From: an uncultured delta proteobacterium | GTDB taxonomy: Bacteria > Desulfobacterota > Binatia > UBA9968 | Direction: 5' to 3' | DNA: 64,000 bases | Assembly (NCBI GenBank): GCA_963737905.1 | Contig: CAVTUQ010000036.1 | Coordinates: 1 to 64,000 of the forward strand | Shown here: piece by piece, positions 61,197 through 64,000 of the stretch | Numbering within the stretch: the first letter of the stretch is position 1 | Layout: each line of letters starts with the position of its first letter | Notes under the pieces: generated by a model | What the model saw: only the letters and a program-made list of their open reading frames with translations | Told to the model about the DNA's origin: nothing | Database searches by the model: none | Position numbers and translations under genes: made by a program

Positions 61197-62258
61197 TTAC
61201 TCTCGTTCCTCACGAAAGAGTCCCAGGCTTTCCAGCACCGGGCGATCGGTTACAGAGAACAGGATGGCCGGCTCTTTGCTGGAATTGTTCTTGAATTGAT
61301 ACCAGTTCCAAGAGGGGACAAAGAAACAGTCTTTAGTTTCCCAGTTCAAGTCATCTCGAACCGACTTCTTCTCTCCGACGCTGGTGACGCCGTCCCCTTG
61401 GACGACGTGATAGATCGTGCTGCCGGTGTGGCGCTGCGCTTTCGTCGTCGCACCGGGTGGAATGAGCTGCACCCAGCAACCGATCGTCGGCATGGTCGGT
61501 CCGCCGTTTAGCGGGTGGGCGTATTCCAACAATACGCCGTCATGGGGATCGGTTTGGCCGGCGGCCGCCATCTCATTCAAAGCGTTCAGTGTGTCGCGCC
61601 ATTTATAGGTATAGGGCAACGCGCGACCATCGGGATTTGCCGTTCGCGGCCGCACGACCCCAAGACCCTGCCGGCAGTAGCCATCCCGTTTGATGATGGG
61701 CTGTGCGGGACCCTCGCCGTAGTTTTCATGGAATGTTGCGTCGAGATAGTTGGTAAGATGTGAATCCAGCACGTCCAACCAGACGATATTATTTTTTCCC
61801 GGATTGAAATGGTCATGCCAGGTCCAATTCGGGGTGAGCACAAGATCGCCGGGTTCCATCAGCATCTGTTCCCCTTCGACGTTGGTGTATCCCGTGCCGT
61901 CTGCCTCAACGACGAATCGTAGCGCCGCCGCTGTGTGGCGATGGCATTCCGCCCGCTCGCCCGGTTTCACTAATTGAATCGACATCTGGATCGTCCGGCT
62001 AGTGGCCTTGAGGTTGGTAATGGCGGGATTCACTAACTGCACGGTTCTTCGCTTGGCCGCATCGTCAATGCCGCCCAATTTGACGACTTCGCCCGACTCT
62101 ATGAGACAAGAATAAATCGCAGACCAAGGCCAGACCCACGGCTTCAATTTCGCCGGCTTTTCGCGCGACTGCCAATGACCACCGAGAGAATTTTCCGCTA
62201 GGCGTTGATGCAATGCCGCTAATTCGGGACTTTCGGGTACAGCGTGTTCTTCACTCAT
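61197..62258 (-). CDS. Gentisate 1,2-dioxygenase-like bicupin
   Basis: RRTVQLVNP, HRHTAAALRF, TPNWTWHDH, YAHPLNGGPTMPTI. Confidence 0.88.
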   Translation of the reverse strand: MSEEHAVPESPELAALHQRLAENSLGGHWQSREKPAKLKPWVWPWSAIYSCLIESGEVVKLGGIDDAAKRRTVQLVNPAITNLKATSRTIQMSIQLVKPGERAECHRHTAAALRFVVEADGTGYTNVEGEQMLMEPGDLVLTPNWTWHDHFNPGKNNIVWLDVLDSHLTNYLDATFHENYGEGPAQPIIKRDGYCRQGLGVVRPRTANPDGRALPYTYKWRDTLNALNEMAAAGQTDPHDGVLLEYAHPLNGGPTMPTIGCWVQLIPPGATTKAQRHTGSTIYHVVQGDGVTSVGEKKSVRDDLNWETKDCFFVPSWNWYQFKNNSSKEPAILFSVTDRPVLESLGLFREERE

Positions 62259-62445
62259 AGAGTATCTCCTCGTTCAGTATTGAGAACAATGCTACTTTTA
62301 GATGGGCGCCCGTTATTTTCCTTTTTGTTGGATATTGCAAGCAGTAAAGAATCTATAGTTGACGGAACCGGCTTGTCAATGAAAGAATTGAACGCTACGA
62401 CAGTCTCGCGAAAAGCAAATAGAAAGCATTTGGGAGGACGTGCAG

Positions 62446-63894
62446 ATGCCCTATGCATCGTTGGAAGATTTCATTAGAGCGGCGGACGCGATCGGAGAAG
62501 TGGAGTATGTCGAAGGGGCGGATCTGGAACGGGACGTGGGCTGTCTCACCGAGCTCCTGGGTGAGCGTGGCGGTCCGATGCCCGTCTTCGATAAAATTCT
62601 CGGCTATCCTGCTGGCTATCGGGTTTGTTCCAACACCATCAAGTCGATGCGACGTTTTTGTCTTGCCTTGGATTTGCCCCTCGATATCCATCCTTTGGAA
62701 TTGCTGCGCCTCTGGCGCGACAAGCGCAAAAGCGCCGCGCTCATTCCCGCCAAGGTCGTCAAAGACGGGCCGATACTCGAATGTATTCAAGAGGGCGACG
62801 ACGTAGATCTGGGATCCTTTCCCGCGCCCCTCTGGCACCCCGGTGATGGTGGCCGTTACATTGGCACCGCGGACAACGTCATTGTTGGCGATCCCGATCA
62901 GGGCTGGATCAACGTGGGCGTTTATCGCGGCATGGTGCAAAGCCGAAACCGTATGAGTCTCTGGATCAACCCCATGAAACATGGGCGTATTCTCGTCGAG
63001 CGCCACTGGAGCAAAAGACAAGCAGCGCCGGTGGCCGTCGTGCTTGGTTGCGAGCCGGTTACGTGGATGTCGGGTTCTATGTCGCCGCCCTTGGGCACGT
63101 CGGAATACGATATGGCCGGCTCTTTTCGCGGCGCTCCCGTAGAGATCGTTCATCTGCCGGTAACGGGTTTGCCGGTGCCCGCCGGCGCCGATCTCGTAGT
63201 GGAAGGGTTCATCCCGCCGGTATCCGAAGAGACAGCCCAAGAAGGCCCCTTCGGCGAATGGCCGGGCTACTACACGCATCAAGGTCCGGAGACCGTCGTG
63301 CGCATCCAGCGCATCTATCACCGAAAGAATCCCATCATCAACGGCGCGCCGCCGCTCCGGCCGCTGGGCTGGAGTAATATTCAGATCTTCGTTCAGGTAT
63401 GGGAACATCTGGAACGCTCGGGAGTTTCAGACGTAACCGGAGTTTGGGGTTTCTTCAACGGGCTCATCACCGTCATCGCGCTGCGCCAGCGTTACGCCGG
63501 GCACGCCAAGCAGGCGCTCATCACCGCGGCCGGGTTCCGCCAAGGTGATATGAAGACTTACTATGTTACGGTGGATGAGGACATCGATCCGACCGATCTC
63601 AATGAAGTCCTATGGGCGATGTGCACAAGGGTGGATCCGGCGACTTCCATCGATATTCTTCACGACGCCTGGACTGCGGATCTCGATCCTCGAGTTTCCC
63701 CGGCCAGACGCGAGGCCGGGGACCTGACGGTTGGACGCATGCTGATCAACGCGTGCCGGCCGTTTACCTGGCGCGACCAGTTTCCGAAAAGCAATGTCTT
63801 CAGCTCGGAGGAGCGCAAACTAGTCGAGACCAAATGGCGCGATTTGTTCGAGCGAGCGGCGAAAAAACGGTCGGCATGGCCGGGGGTGTCGTGA
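62446..63894 (+). CDS. UbiD-family decarboxylase
   Basis: DGGRYIGT, NVGVYR, EGPFGEWPGY, VDEDIDP, WAMCTR. Confidence 0.93.
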   Translation: MPYASLEDFIRAADAIGEVEYVEGADLERDVGCLTELLGERGGPMPVFDKILGYPAGYRVCSNTIKSMRRFCLALDLPLDIHPLELLRLWRDKRKSAALIPAKVVKDGPILECIQEGDDVDLGSFPAPLWHPGDGGRYIGTADNVIVGDPDQGWINVGVYRGMVQSRNRMSLWINPMKHGRILVERHWSKRQAAPVAVVLGCEPVTWMSGSMSPPLGTSEYDMAGSFRGAPVEIVHLPVTGLPVPAGADLVVEGFIPPVSEETAQEGPFGEWPGYYTHQGPETVVRIQRIYHRKNPIINGAPPLRPLGWSNIQIFVQVWEHLERSGVSDVTGVWGFFNGLITVIALRQRYAGHAKQALITAAGFRQGDMKTYYVTVDEDIDPTDLNEVLWAMCTRVDPATSIDILHDAWTADLDPRVSPARREAGDLTVGRMLINACRPFTWRDQFPKSNVFSSEERKLVETKWRDLFERAAKKRSAWPGVS

Positions 63895-64000
63895 GTGAGG
63901 ATTTGCGGCCGGCGCGCATTTTTAAGCTAAGTCTTGCTTTTTCTACGTCCGCGATACACGCACATCTAAATCCTGAGGGGTATATTCTAGCTGAGCTGGG

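Overview
A 64 kb chromosomal window from a moderately GC-rich bacterium. The gene repertoire (many orphan NitT/TauT-type solute-binding proteins, amidohydrolase_2 and UbiD enzymes, GAF-repeat kinases, palindromic intergenic repeats) suggests a Ca. Binatota/deltaproteobacterium-like organism; this is inference only. About ten otherwise intact genes are broken by 1-nt indels, most likely long-read assembly errors. The main loci are: dnaJ-cbpM divergent from a MASE1 hybrid kinase across a perfect 16-bp inverted repeat; a sigma54 activator with a palindromic enhancer and -24/-12 promoter ahead of SBP-SBP-GAF3 kinase-receiver genes; a secreted CoaD-like/nucleoside-phosphorylase-like fusion with a partner ORF; an aromatic-catabolism-like cluster; a collapsed hsdR/abiEii/hsdM defence relic; a selenocysteine formate dehydrogenase-NrfD-FdhE-MobA/MoaD-AOR operon; and a ferritin-loaded Family 1 encapsulin operon divergent from two small membrane proteins, each side with a sigma54 promoter. 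Two structured intergenic elements may be orphan IS110-family non-coding ends. No rRNA, intact tRNA or CRISPR array was seen.
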